A stretch of 64,000 nt of DNA. Origin: the human T2T-CHM13v2.0 reference genome, Homo sapiens. Made by a program: the position numbers and the translations under genes. The notes beneath the pieces were generated by a model, which saw only the letters and a list, made by a program, of their open reading frames with translations, searched no databases and was not told the origin of the DNA. Below, one piece after another: positions 44,246-62,529 of this stretch (its first letter is position 1; each line of letters begins with the position of its first letter). Location: NCBI RefSeq assembly GCF_009914755.1, contig NC_060928.1; one strand, 5' to 3'.

Positions 44246-44577
44246 TATGGTGATGAAACACTTTTGGACCATCTGAAAGGCATTTTAGTTTTGAATGAAA
44301 ATAAGTTATATCATTATTAATTTTATCTTTTAAGATTTGGAACTGAAATATTGTCTGTCCTGTGATTTGTATGCACATTAAGCCTAATCAGTTGTGGTGA
44401 ATCCTTTTATTAACATGGATTAAAAAAATACCATTTAAGTGCATTTTATTGTTGTGCGTTGGAAAATATAATGTTGTTTCTTAAGGACAGCAGGGCTGCT
44501 TGAGGGTAGGACAAATACTTCATTTGGCCTCTTAACTAAATATTAAAATTGTTAGTTATTCAACCTCAGATTTTCTT

Positions 44578-48524
<3,947 letters not shown>

Positions 48525-49269
48525 AAAAAGCCTTGTTTTATTTAGAAAATCACAGTCAAATTTTGTGCTGAAGGATGAATAGCATTTCCAGAAGTAATGT
48601 TTTCAACTTGCAATTTCTTTTCATATGATTTTGGAGGGAAAAAAATATACATAAATAAGAAACCACACAAAGATCATCTCAGACAATGAGAGGCAAAATA
48701 TAGGACATTCCTCAGTTTGTTGGATGAGCCTGGGAATGAAAAGAAATAAAGCCAATGACTACCTACTATTGATGATAATCTAATAAAAGGGCAAAAGGAA
48801 ACATATTTGGGAACTTGGGCCCTGGAAAGAAAAACACAAAAAGAAAGCCAGAAAAATATTGGGAAAATAATTTATATTAATAATTCACATATTTATGGGA
48901 CATTGAACCTAATGATTATATCTCAAATATAATCAGAATCCACAGGGAGTAAAAAGAGGCCTCTGAATTCAAAATACATGAAAAAGTCCATTTGGTATAG
49001 TTTTCACCTTCTATTTGAGTGTGAGGGTCTTACATCCTCACTCAAAGCTTATTTAAGCATCTTATAAACAATGTTAACAAGTTTTCTATCAAGTTTTCTC
49101 TAACTTGGAGGTTAGCATTTTCCATTGAATATGGTAATGTATAATAAATTGAACAGCCTACTTTACCTCACTTATTGTAACAGACCAAGAACAGAAAAAA
49201 TGCTTAATTAATATAGAGATATACATAAATAGATATATGCATATATGGTTATATATATACAGAGTGTTG

Positions 49270-49820
49270 AACCTGAGATTCTATATCACTTGCATGTTCT
49301 GAAAGGGTATCACTGAGAATTAAATAATCTAATATTTTAAAGAGTTTGGAATACTGTGTGGTTTGTTATTATTCTTGTTTTCATTACTGTTCTTATTACC
49401 CAGTAATAAAGAGTTCAACTTCGGTCATTGTGTGGCTGGGCTTACTTTCAGGTTCCATGATTTGCTAAATGTCTGACCTTGGGCAAGTTGCTTAACACCT
49501 TAATTCCCAGTTACCTCCTCTGTAAAATTATAGTCTTCACTTCATTGTTTGACAAAGTTTAAGAGTCATAATGAAAAGTTCTTAGCCCTGTGCCTGTGCC
49601 TGTGCCTGGAATTTAAGCAGTATCCAATAAAAGTTGCTGTTCTTGTTGGATCTGTGGTTCTGACGAAGGTATTATAATCCCATTTTACAAATGAGAAGAC
49701 CAAGGTGAAAGATGTTAGATAACTTGCCCAAATTCATACAGGTATTAACTAAATTAATTTGGTCAAATGCAGGTCTGCCGGAGGACAGGATTCATGCTTT
49801 TTTCACTCTATCAGGCTGCC
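49270..49820. mobile_element. Cluster of MIR fragments (both orientations)
   Basis: tgaccttgggcaagttgcttaac...cagttacctcctctgtaaaat (plus) and cccattttacaaatgagaagacc...aacttgcccaaa (minus). Confidence 0.65.
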
Positions 49821-50334
49821 TTTCATTCATCTTGACTGAATTTTGAAGATGAGAATTCAGCAATCACAGTTCTTAAAGTGTAGAATGCAATCAGTAAATA
49901 TTTATGGATTGGTCTTAATAGTAGGGCAATACTTAAAAGTCAGCAAGGTATGATTTCCAAAACCCCAAGAAATATCTTTTTCCATAGATGGAATCAAAAT
50001 TCACCCTTCACTAGTACATTAGTGACTGCCACTCTACAACTGATTATTTCCTTTGTTTCTGTAAAGATATAAGTACTGTATAAAGGATAATTTGTACTTT
50101 AGTGTGTAATGACATTATCTTTCTTGGTTTTTGTTTTGCTTGTCACTGTTGTTATTATTATTGTTTTCCAAAAGCAGATTTTGAGTAGGACGCGTAGGAC
50201 CAAATAATGAGTACACAATGGAAAGGAGTAATGAATTGCACCTAAAGGCTTTAATATATTCTATAAAACACATAACCTAGTTCCTAATTATTTCCAAAAA
50301 CCTTCTCATACCACTCACCTCCTCTCATTCTTAC

Positions 50335-50749
50335 CTGGTAGAATATATTACTGTTCCTAGTTAGTCTCTGCTCTCCCTTTAAGAGAACTATAACATATCT
50401 GCCCATTGCTATGTGACTTGTAGTGCCCCCTAGGAGAGCAGGATACTTCCCTGCTCTACCCATGATGACCATGGCCACATGCTTGATTAACCAATGGAAT
50501 ATGAGCCAAAGAGCTTCAGCTATTGTGTGTGGTTCAGCTACTTCTTTCTTTTTCTTCTATCACAAGAATGGCATTTTCATTTAGGAACTGCTCTTCCTGG
50601 CTTAGTCCTGAAATGGAGACTTGGGGAGAAGCAGCACAACCCAATAGCACATCACCAGCAACAAGAGTGAGATGTGGGCCTTTATTGTAATAATCTACTG
50701 ACACGGTGGGGCTGTTACTGAACCACAACAGTGAAAGCTGACTAATTCA
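50335..50749 (+). mobile_element. Old MaLR LTR (MLT1H/I/J-like)
   Basis: tggtagaatatattactgttcc...ccaatggaatatgagc...gctgactaattca. Confidence 0.65.
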
Positions 50750-50769
50750 ATATTCCATTCACACTAAGC

Positions 50770-51185
50770 TATTTTTAATTCCCCAATTGTGTCACACTCC
50801 TCCTCAGTTCTAAGCATTTATACTTCTATTTCCTTTAGCTTAGATCATACTCATTCTCCAGTTTTGATTATGTAACTCTTATTCAGCCCTTATGCCTCAG
50901 CTTGTACACCATCCTAATCCCCCCATACTGTGTTAAGTGCCCTCCTATATGTATGCTCCCATAGCAACCAGACCTTTCCTATCATAACACATACCATGTT
51001 GAATTGCAAATACCTGTTTGTTGGCCTGCATCCTTCCTGAGGCTGCTAGCGTCATAAGAGAAGGGACAGCATCTGTTTTGCCTCTATTGTTCCATCACTG
51101 CCAAGTCTAGTGCCTGGTTTATAATGAACTCACAGCACAATTTACTGAAAAGTAAATGGATGAACAAACATGTGAAAGAATGAGG
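50770..51185 (+). mobile_element. L2 3' end
   Basis: gggacagcatctgttttg...tctagtgcctgg...aaatggatgaa. Confidence 0.65.
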
Positions 51186-51260
51186 GGCTGTATGGTTAAA
51201 AGGTTAAACATATTGTCTTTAAACTCCCTGGACTGGAATCCTGGCTATTTTGCCTCCTAG

Positions 51261-51438
51261 CAGGACTAGCTACATATTTGTGGAGCTCAAAACAAAATGA
51301 AAATGTGAAACTCTTGTTCAAAAATAATTAATAGTTTCAATATAAGGACAGCAAGATCATTAAACCAAGTATGACACCCTTCTAAACATGGGATCCTGTG
51401 TAGCTGCTTAGGTCAAAATGCTCATGAAGCCAACCCTG
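51261..51438. mobile_element. MER45A (hAT-Tip100) inserted in a MIR
   Basis: caggactagctacatatttgtgg...catgaagccaaccctg; degenerate 8-bp TSD cctcctag / attcctag. Confidence 0.8.
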
Positions 51439-51540
51439 ATTCCTAGCTGTATAAATTTGAACAAGTGAGCTAACCTTTTTGTGGTTCTGTTTTCCTATGT
51501 GAAAAATGTGATTAAAATAGAATTGAAGTTAAGGTATATT

Positions 51541-52150
51541 CAGTAGTCTCTCCTTATCCAAATGGGATATGTTCCAAGAACCCCAGTGGATGCCTGAAAC
51601 TGAGGATAGTACTGAACTTTATAGATACTATATACACATCCTTTTGTTTTTTTCTCACAATTTCATAGAGAGAAGATTCATTCTTACCATAGATCTTAGT
51701 AATCTCAATATATGATTGTTTTCCTTCCCTTATTAAATCAAGAACTTTCAATTTTTCACTTAAAGGAAGCACTTTAGAGCTTCTCCTTGGCATATCTGAA
51801 CTGTAAGCATCACTGATCTTGAGCTTTGGGGCCATTATTAAGTAAAATCAGGGTTACTTGGCACCAGCACTGCAATACCATTACAGTTGATCTGATGACG
51901 AACACAATGATTAAGTGATGAACAAACGGGGAGCCTAGACAGTGTGGATATCCTGGACAAGGAAGAATTCACATCCCAGGAGAGATGAAGCAGGACACTT
52001 GAGAATTCATCACACTACTCATGATGACAGGCAATTTAAATCTTATGAATTTTTATTTCTAGAATTTTCCATTTATTATTTTCAGACTTTGGTTGACCAA
52101 CGGTAACTGAAAATGCAGGATGTAAAGCCATGAATAATGCAGGACAAGTG
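51541..52150. mobile_element. MER44-family (Tigger7-derived) element with a transposase N-terminal remnant
   Basis: TIR cagtagtctctccttatcc, then gttccaagaaccccagtggatgcctgaaac. The minus ORF 51554-51835 (KVLPLSEKLKVLDLIREGKQSYIEITKIYGKNESS) resembles a pogo/CENP-B HTH. Confidence 0.8.
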
Positions 52151-52297
52151 TAAAGACTTCATAATAATGAATCCTACATATGTACTGTTATTACAGATGG
52201 GAGAAACTATGGATGTCAAGGGCAAATTTTTATTTTTCCAAATTTTGCTTCAGGTTTCCTAAAGGCTACAAGACCGTCCGGGCCCACCAATCTAGAT

Positions 52298-52494
52298 CAC
52301 TGTTTCTGAACTGTGGGTGATTTTGCCTCCCAAGGGACATCTGACAGTGTCTGGAGACATCTTTGGTAGTCACAACTGGGGGCATTACTGGCATCTAGTG
52401 GATGCTGCTAATATTCTGCAGTGCACAGGACAACCACCACAGCCAAGAATTACCGGTTCAAAAATATCAGTGGCACCAAGGCTGAGAAACCCTT
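52298..52494. mobile_element. MER20 (hAT-Charlie)
   Basis: gggtgattttgcctcccaagggacat...gtgtctggagacat...aaggctgagaaaccct; perfect 8-bp TSD atctagat (52290-52297 / 52495-52502). Confidence 0.92.
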
Positions 52495-53992
52495 ATCTAG
52501 ATTGATTTCTGGGCTTCCAGGGACAAATCACTGAGTTTTTTAGACTCTCAGTTTCTCTATCTATAAAATATGGCCAATAACAACTGTGCCTACTCACTTT
52601 GCAAAGACGTTGTAGAGATAAATTTAGAGGGAAAAAGCCTAGCTCTCAGAGGGGAAAGGGTACTATTACAGCCTGAGGTGTTATTATCAAGCTGTGCCGA
52701 CACTTTCACTCTCAGGAAGCCAAATGTTCTACTTGGAAATGATAATTTCCCTCCACTAAATGAGCATTTTACTTCCCAGAGGGAGTAATTTTATTCACCT
52801 TTTGCCATCATTGGATTGGGCCCATTACAGCTGTTGTTCTTCCCTTATTTGAAATTTCATAACATACATAACAACAGAGCTTCTCCCGGTGGAATGGGCA
52901 GCCATGCAGCAACAAGCCACACACATGTGCCCACATGTAAACAATCTGCTAACCCAACCAGCTTGGGTATTTATTATGTAAGCATCATCCTCATATCCAA
53001 ATCTGTTTCAATGAGACTATTCAGTACAGAAGAAAAATTAATGTTCTTATGAGCCATTGTTCACATCAGCCACTCTTCCAAATTCCAATATGAGTTACCA
53101 GATAAATAGTAAAGCACCATTTTGACTTTCTGTTTATAAAGTGAATGCTTTAGAGACTGATTGGCATGGCAAGAGGTAAGGGGGAGGCGAAGGAACAAGG
53201 AAAAGTTCAGACAGGGAAAATAAAGGAGAAATCCTAGGAAACCACAAATGCACTCAGCTGATATTCTCAAATGCCTTAAATGTGTAATTAATCAATAGTT
53301 TGTGCATGAAGACTGCACCCCTTGCATGAAATCAGAATGGAACCACATTATAGCAATTAGAAGGAGCTAATGAGCCCCCAGATGTTCAGATCAATTGCTC
53401 TCTAACGAAATCTGTGTTCACAAAATAATCCCAGGACAGAAAGTACTAGCTGGGGAAAGATTTACCTAACATGAGTATTGCATCACAGTCTTGCTTTGTT
53501 CTCCCCTTTTGTCTGACAGCTGAGGAGCAGAGCTGCCACAGGCTTGCTGTGCAGGGCGTTGAAGGTGAGAGCTGAGAGGGAGACGAGCTGCTTGCTGTGA
53601 AGAGAACTACAGAGCATGAATCAACTTATCAAGTTCTATCAGTGCCTGCATGGGGGAACTCATGAGTATGAAAACATCTTTTTATGGCTTTCTCTGTGAC
53701 CAGTAGAGAAGTAGTGAGCAGACAATAGTAGTAGGGATGACAGCAAGCACTATGGAAGGTACTGGGTGCCTTGGGGTCAGAATGAAGGCCTGAGCCTTCC
53801 ACCCTCCAGTGTTGGCACTGCCTCTGTTTGTATGTTACCAGGACAGAGCCCTGGGGTGCAACAGAAGTAGAAGGTCTGTAAGGACCAACACCTCAGCTCT
53901 AATTTTCATCACTTTTAGCTATTTCAGTCACTGTACATCTGACTTTCAATTTCCTCCTCTGTAAAATGAGGATAATTATCCTTATATGACAG

Positions 53993-54335
53993 CAGCAGTC
54001 CCCAATCTTTTTGGCATCAGGGACCAGTTTTGTGGAAGATAATTTTTCCATGGGCCAGTTGTGGGAAGGCAGTTTTAGGATGAAATTGTTCCACTTCAGG
54101 TCATCAGGCATTAGTTAGATTCTCATAAGTAGCACGCAACCTAGATCCCTCGCATGCGTAGCTCACAATACGATTTGGGCTCCTATGAGAATCTCATGCT
54201 GCCACTGATCTGACAGGAGGCAGAGCTCAGGCCATAATCTCTGCTCACTCACCTGCTCGCTGCCTGCTGTGCAGCCCAGTTCCCCACAAGCCACAGACTA
54301 GTTCTAGTTCATGGCTTGGAGGTTGGGAACTTCTG
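53993..54335. mobile_element. MER1B (hAT-Charlie)
   Basis: cagcagtccccaatctttttggcatcagggaccagttt...ggttgggaacttctg; perfect 8-bp TSD tatgacag (53985-53992 / 54336-54343). Confidence 0.92.
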
Positions 54336-57300
54336 TATGACAGAAGAATAAAAAAGAAAAGAAAAGAAAAGTTCGTGAATAGAAAAACTTATAACACAAC
54401 ATATAGTTGTCACGCCATGCTTATTCGCTTTAGGAAAACATTTTTCCCTACTTAGATCGCCAATCTTCCTATGAAACCTCATTTAAAATTTACATCTTCC
54501 CCAAAATTGGCCTTGACTGGTTGTGCCACATCCACAGATCTCTTTTATGTCACATTCCTTGACCTTATAGGCACTCAGTTTTAGCTACTGCCCTTCACTC
54601 TTGGTCAACTATCTGTCTGTGAGCGCCCTGCAGTTCCATCATCTCCGTGTGTTCCATCTACACCAAAGCAATGCTGACCGTCCTTGCTTGTGACTGGCCT
54701 TTACACACCTTAAAATTGTAAACAGGGGGACATGAGTGAATATTGTCAATTGCGTAAACTTTTGCATGACTGAATTACTTGGCTTGGTTCTGGAAAAAAA
54801 AAAAAAGACTCAAGTGGTTCCTTCTCATCACATGCCTCTGTAATGTGATCTGGTAGAAATCTAGAGCCTGAGGCCATGTTGGAGTAAGGTCAGAGTGAGG
54901 AGAAAGTGAAAAAATTGGAGGGATTCACTCAATTTAGCCTCCCCTCCCCATCTATGTGCAGACATGTTTATGTTCCTAGTCCTTTTCTCTTCTTGTTGTA
55001 AATTAATGTCTTAAAACTCCATAGTGACTTTAAGGTACATTACAATGACCACTGATTCAATTACAGTAGAGTCACTAATTAATGGTACTTTTTTTACCAT
55101 AAGCTTAATTTTTGTGCACTTGATATGCAAAATCACATAAATAAATATATAATCCAAAATAATGGGAACATTTGTTATTTTGCCAAACGAGTAAGACTGT
55201 ACTGCTCCTGTCAAAGTAAGCTAACCACCACATGGCATTCAAAACCTATATGGCTGAACAACATGATATTCAGTCCCTGATTTGTTAGTGTGGCCTTTTT
55301 TAACACTAATAAGGACCAGTAAAGAAGGTCTTTCTCAATCTTGCTTTTCATATCTTTTATTTCATATCTTCAGTAATTAGAGTCACTTTTCTTATTTGCT
55401 GTAGGAATAATACTTAAACATTCCACCCAACAGTGATCATACCAACAACTCTCAGATGCTGACAACAGAATGTCATTGCTTTTGATAACCGATTATATTC
55501 TGTTATTGAACCATAATTTTAAAAAAAATGTAAAATAAAAGCAAAAGAAAACAAATTCTCAATTTTACATGCAGGTTATGATCAGCTGTTTTGTTGGAGT
55601 CTCACTTTGGATCCTCCCTACGTCTTCCTTCTGTGTTCAGACGCAGAAGTGGATAGAAATGCACCAATAAGCAGCTGCATAATTAGCAGCAATTAACCCG
55701 GAGTGAGATTCAACAAAGGCAGCAGAATACTCAATTTTCCCTCTTATTCCCAATTATTCAGTCACAATTCTAACTCTATAATTCCAAGAGAGGCTAAAAC
55801 AGGAACTACCATCAGAACTGACATAAGAGAACAATAATGGAGCAAACATCGATTTGATTTTTGACTTAGGCCGGTTGTTATTTTGAAAATGCTTCATCCA
55901 CTGCTACTTAAAGTGATGCTTCAGTGACTTTCCTACATCAGTTATCTAATGACAGGATCAAAAGTCAAAGATTGCAGGGTTAGAAGGAAGAGTTTGCTTG
56001 TTTGTTTGTTTAATTTGTCAACTCCATCATATTGATCATAAATGACCATGTCTTCTGTTACCAATGCTAAGAAATAGACAATCAGTGCCAGGCAGGTCCT
56101 GTTGCTATCAGGCAGCACTTAGGGTTCACCTAGCTCCCTAAGAGATAACAGCAGTCTTATGTTGTCCAGCTGCCCCTCCCAGCTTCTTACTCTCACACTC
56201 ACCATCACAAGAGAGTGCTAGAAAAGCCTGCAGTCCAATCAGCACAGTCTAAGCCAGTTAGCCAGATGGTGAGTTTTGCTGCAGGGATAGCTAATGGACT
56301 CATGTGATAGTGAGATCATCCTCCAGCCTTTCAGGAGAGGAGACGGTGCTATTGAATTAGCTTTGCCAACGATCCTCTTTCAGCTTAATCAACATTTACA
56401 GAAGGAGGAATTAGATTGTACAGTCTGTAAATGCAGCTAGCCACCTTCCATAGTGAGACATTGCTGCTTCTGATCACCATGGAGAATGGACTTTATTTGC
56501 ACAGCCAGGTCAGGTCTGAGTGCATATTTACTAGCAATGATCATGGTTGATTTTAAACTCTTAGCATGTTTGTTTTGAGAAAGGAAAACAGGTCAGAACC
56601 CTAAAATTTAAAACATAAAATCGCTTCTGAAGTGCAGGCTCAGATTAAACAGCCTCAAGAAAAATATTGTAGTTTCCCGGTTAACCTTGAAATTCTTTGT
56701 TTTTTAAATCTGTGAGATATTAAAATTTGTTAAATCTGTTGAGTTTGCTCCTCTTCTAAGCAAAGAACATATTCTTTTCAAAGTCTGAGATTGTTTAGCT
56801 CAGTTGGTTGGAACACCGTATTTAAAAAGACTTTATGGAGCAACTGTGTTTGTTCTATTCCATGGCCATGAGTTTCATACATGTAGTCTGGGAAATGTAC
56901 ACCCTGGTCATAAGGGGTCTGAATGAAACAGCCCAAACCTGAAGTTTCCTCTGGGAGAGAAAACAAAAAAAAAGAGACAATGGCAAGTAACTGCTCTGCC
57001 ACAGGCATCCACTTTGTATGTTGTATCGAATGCAGCATTTTACCAATAAATGGATAAGACCATATCAATTTGAGGACTCCAAAAGTTAGATTTTAAATTT
57101 TATGAAGTAAATTATGATTTTAAGTATAAATACCTGCAGAAGTAAGCATTTAATAAAGGTATGTTGAGTAAATGAGTGAAAGAATTTATCAGCTCTGTCC
57201 AAAATCCTGAGCGAAATATAGAGGAGCATGCTTTATTTAAATGTATCTATCATATAAATATAGAAAAATTGAAACATATGGAATTAAATCCAGATATCTA

Positions 57301-58577
57301 AAACTATTTTAAAGGTACTTAGTCTCAAAGAGAAGTATAATATCTTCTCTACACCTGGATTTCTCTCCAAATAAAACAGGGTAATCAACTTTTGTTATCA
57401 GACATTTTAAATCTGAAGAAAAATTACATTCTTATTCCCTTTTTTCCACTAGCTCAGCTCCTGGGAAGCAGGAAAGGCAGCATCCTCAGATTATCTGTGG
57501 CTCCAGCAAGCACCATTCAGAGCATCATCTCCAGCGCTGTCTTTCCTTCAGCTCTGGCCTACCCTGTTCTACACCTTGGTTAAATGAATGGAGGCAAAGG
57601 AACACTAATCTTTGGGCATCAGTTGAAAAACTTACAGAAGTCACTGAAATGAGGATTTCAAAACTTCTAAATCCCAGCAAGTGTGAATTGTATTAAATAA
57701 CAATCAAAAGCCATTTTACCAAAATGGGAGAGACTTCATTCCTGTAAAATTTGGAGTACTTGAGTCCATCCCAATCTCTGCAGTATATGATTATAAATAT
57801 TAGTATAATATAAGAAAGCCAACTATGTAAATAGGAAACTAACAAAGAATTCAAAACTAAGAGTAAAACATAGCTGCTCACATCTTAGATAAAAAAGTTA
57901 TCAAAAAATTATAATTAAATCATTAAAATCAAGTAAGAATTATTTTTCTCATGTTAGCATTTTTCTTAAATCAAAAGAAAAAATTCTCAGAAATATGTTG
58001 CCTTCTACAACATCTAAATTAGTAAAAATTACAAAATAGTGATTAGTTTAAATTATATGGTTAGGGCCAAATTGTTCACTTCAGGCTTTTATTTCAGATA
58101 AAATATATGTACTATACCATTTGACGCATTGTATTAAATAGAAATATTTCTGATACTTTATATATATTCACTACTTAGTCATATTTACTCATTACCTTTC
58201 ATTATAACTGAAGGTAAATGGAAGAGAGAAGTGTAGTCTCTCACCATCGTCACCTTTGTTATTATAGGTATCATTAATTATCATCATATCACAAAGAATC
58301 AATATTTATTGAGCATTTTCTAAGTGCCAAAAATTATGCTTATAAAATTACTATAAATTGGGAATTCTTACTGTAACTGACCAAAGTCATAGAGCTTTCT
58401 AGTATAATTGGAATTTAATTCAAATCTACCTTACTCCAAAGTTCATACTTTTGCTAATAAATAAAACATATAACATACTTTGGAATGCAAAATTCATCTT
58501 TGTAAAGTCACTTATTTGGAGAAAAATATATTAGTTTTATAAAATAGTAATACAATAAAACTATTCAATGAGAATAT

Positions 58578-58770
58578 ACAGACAGTCCCCAGCTTATGAT
58601 GGTTTAACTTAGTGATTTTTCAGCTTTACAATGATGTGAAAGTGATACATGCTCAGTAGAAACCATACTTTGAGTATTCACACAGCCATTCAGTTTTTCA
58701 CTTTCACTGCAGTAGTCAATAAATTACATGTGATATACAACACCTTATTGTAAAATAGACTTGTGTTAGG
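58578..58770. mobile_element. MER47A-like (Tigger) fragment
   Basis: cagacagtccccagcttatgatggtttaactta...cagtagaaaccatactttgagta...aaaatagacttgtgttag; only one end is present. Confidence 0.75.
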
Positions 58771-58927
58771 ATTTCTCCATAAAAGTTAATAATATCAGGA
58801 TAGTTTTTGCAAGTGATCCCTGTACTTAAAGATATATAAAATAACATATTTGGATCTCCTAGGGGTCAGTGGTAGACCTGCTAAGTTACTACTTTTCTTG
58901 GCTAGCCCAACCCTGGATTTGCCACGT

Positions 58928-59018
58928 AGGGGAAGGAAAGAAAAAAGGAAAAGAAAAGGAAAGGAAAGCAAAGAAAAGAAAAGAAAGAGAGAGAGAGAGA
59001 AAGGAAGAAAAGAAAGAA

Positions 59019-59066
<48 letters not shown>

Positions 59067-59243
59067 GAAAGAAAGAAAGAAAAGAGAGGAAGAGAGGGAG
59101 GGAGGGAGGAAGGAAGGGAGAAGGAGAGAAAGAGAGAAAGGAAAGAAGAAAGAAGAGAGAAAGAAAAAAAGCAGACAGAAAGAGAGAAATAAAGAAAGAA
59201 AGAAAAGTAAAGAAAAGAAAAGAAAAGAAAAAGAAAAGAAAAA
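58928..59243 (+). repeat. Complex polypurine microsatellite ((AAAG)n, (AG)n, (GGGA)n, (AAAAG)n)
   Basis: About 315 bp of nearly pure A/G, read directly. Confidence 0.95.
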
Positions 59244-59449
59244 GTATAAAGATCTTAGAAACCAAGGATCCTGTGATGATAAAAGATTGTTGTGACGTGG
59301 TGTGGAGAGGAAAGTAAAGTCTAGGGCAGATGGGGGCTGGATGCCACAGATGAGAGATACAATGGAAGAACAACAAAGCTGGGACCAAAGTAAATATAAG
59401 TGTAACGCAAATATGAAAAATGTAAAATAAGAATAAACATAATTACAAG

Positions 59450-61720
59450 CTTTACGGAAGAATAAGGTTAACCTGAAACAGCACAAAGCAGTTATAAGAA
59501 TAAAACAAAGTGGAATTACACTTAGGAAAAATTTACCTGTGAGGCAAGGAGAAAATGGCATGAAGTAATCATGATTAGATGGTAGACCTAAATATACTCT
59601 GTTATATAGATTTGATTTTGACATAATATATATAACCATGAAGAAACTAAATTTAAAAAAGCAATTCAAATGTTTAAAGCAAAATTAAATGAATGTAAAT
59701 GTATATCCAGTTTGCAGCATAATCACACTGAGAAGAACCCTTTCTAATGACTCTAATGCAAAGAAATTTGATTATACATCTTTGGGGCAACATATCATAA
59801 GGACAAAAAACCTGAAAATAAATTAATTAAATAAACTGTTTTTAGTAATCATACTATAAGTGGTAATATTGTTATTCAATATATGACTATTACAAAAGTA
59901 TTTTAGAATAAAGAGGATCAGAAATTGTATGAGTCTAGAGATACTGGCATTTGGAGCAAAGGAAAGGAGAAATTGATATCAATGTATTTCCTTTAAATTT
60001 ATGTTAAAATCTGTAGTCCTGAATTTGAGTTGGAAACATGAAAATGAATTCATAAAATATTTGATACTGAAATAGAATGTATCTTCTAGCTATTATTAAT
60101 ACAAAACCAGTAGCAAGACACTCCCCTAGTGCCCATCTTGTGGTCTCTAAATACCAGTTTTCACTAAAAGAAACTGCAGCCTCTTAAAGGAATGTGTAAT
60201 TTGAGGTCTAGACTATGAAATGTATAAAAAGAAACTGAAAAATTCTGTCTTATTAATCACCAAACAAGAAAGTTACCAAAAACTTCTGAGAGTGAATCAA
60301 AAGCACTTAGGAGTAAACTAAAGAGGCTCCTACTGACCAAAGATGGAGCAAAATGAACATCAAGAAGAATAATGATTACAATGGACTTAAAGATATCAAA
60401 TTTATATAAATCCATTTGTATGCAACGATACTTAGAACAAAGAACAGCAAAATTAAAACAACCTCATTGGTCACCTTTGGAGGATGCCAGGTGTTGAAAT
60501 TATTACTTAGGAAACTAGTAAACAAACGGAAAGAATCAAGCAACTATCTTTCCTTTGCTATATGAATTAACTTTAGATTAAGCAAGGAGTTGGTTAAAGT
60601 TTCTCTTTATAAAGTGTGTTGGTTTCCTAAGGTTGCTGTAAAAAATATGACAAACTGGGGGGTACCTTAAAACAACAGAAACTTATTTTCTCAAAGTTCT
60701 GAAAGCCAGAGCCCAAAATCAAAGTGTTAGTCATACCCCCTCCAGAGCCTCCAGAGGAGGATTCTTGTCTCTTCCAGCTTCTGGTGGCTGCAGGACTTCC
60801 TTGGCATGTAGCAGTAGAACTTCAGGCTCTCCCTCCCTCTGTCTTCACATGGCCATCTTTCTCTTGTTTCTGTTTGTGTCCAAATTTCTTCTCTCTTACA
60901 AGAATAATAGTCATATCAGATAAACTCCCCCCTCCCATGAATTTATCCTAACTTGATTACATCTGGAAATGCAGATGGGAATAGCAGAAAGGCTGTTTCC
61001 AGACAAGGTCACATTCACAAGTATGTGGGCTAGAACTTCAACATATCTTTTGGAAGACACATAACATAGAGAATTCCAGCTATTAATGAGAATGAATACA
61101 ATAAAATATCATTTTTCAACTCCTTGTAAAATAATGAACCTATGCAAGGATGATCAATGACTAATAACATCAAAAAAGCAGCTATTTTGGACCCTCTGAG
61201 AAAAGTATACAATAACCATCTATTGAGAAGTTTTATCAAAAATTCTACCATAAGTCTGTTCAAGCCTCTAGCACTTAACTACTAATTTACAGCAAATACA
61301 GCCATCATAGGAACAATTGTAAAGAACACCATAGGGATGCAATCAACAACAAAATTCAGACTGCAGGAAACTATAAAAAACAAATAACTTATTTCTCCAC
61401 TAAATACATTAAAAGGGAGACAGAGAGAGAGAATGAGAGAGAGGCAGATCTACAGATTTAAATAGATCTAAAAGAAAACTCAAGAAATTACAATATACGC
61501 TCCATGTTTTATTTCAAAACTGATTTCACCAAATAAACTGTAAAAAATCATTTTAAAGATGATAAGATGTAAATACTAGTTTTAAGTACTGATTGAATAG
61601 TACATAATGTTAAGGAATTAGCACTAATTTTCAGAAAACACTGGTATTATTATTATGCTTAGAAATAAAAAGAATTTAGCCTCTAGAGACACTTGCTGAA
61701 ATACTTACTTACTTTACTTT
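59450..61720 (+). mobile_element. Old L1 3' UTR (L1MC4/5-like), interrupted by MLT1
   Basis: aagaggctcctactgaccaaagatggagcaaaatgaacatcaagaagaataatgattacaatgg and aactgtttttagtaatcat resemble the L1MC 3' UTR. Confidence 0.6.
60615..61066 (-). mobile_element. MLT1B/C-like MaLR solo LTR
   Basis: tgtgttggtttcctaaggttgctgta...cttccagcttctggtggctgc...aaggtcacattcaca; 5-bp TSD taaag / tagag. Confidence 0.85.
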
Positions 61721-61822
61721 TAAGTAAAAACCTAAATGTTCACATCAGAGAACAAATTAATGGCTGGAATATGAGATAGAGGATTCTTCAGAAGACACTG
61801 GGAAGAAATGAAGAGATAAATA

Positions 61823-62525
<703 letters not shown>

Positions 62526-62529
62526 TGTC

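Noticed and set aside
58795-59669. Long ORFs of 107-255 aa (K/E/R-rich or F/L/S-rich)
   Set aside because: Artefacts of the stop-free polypurine microsatellite.
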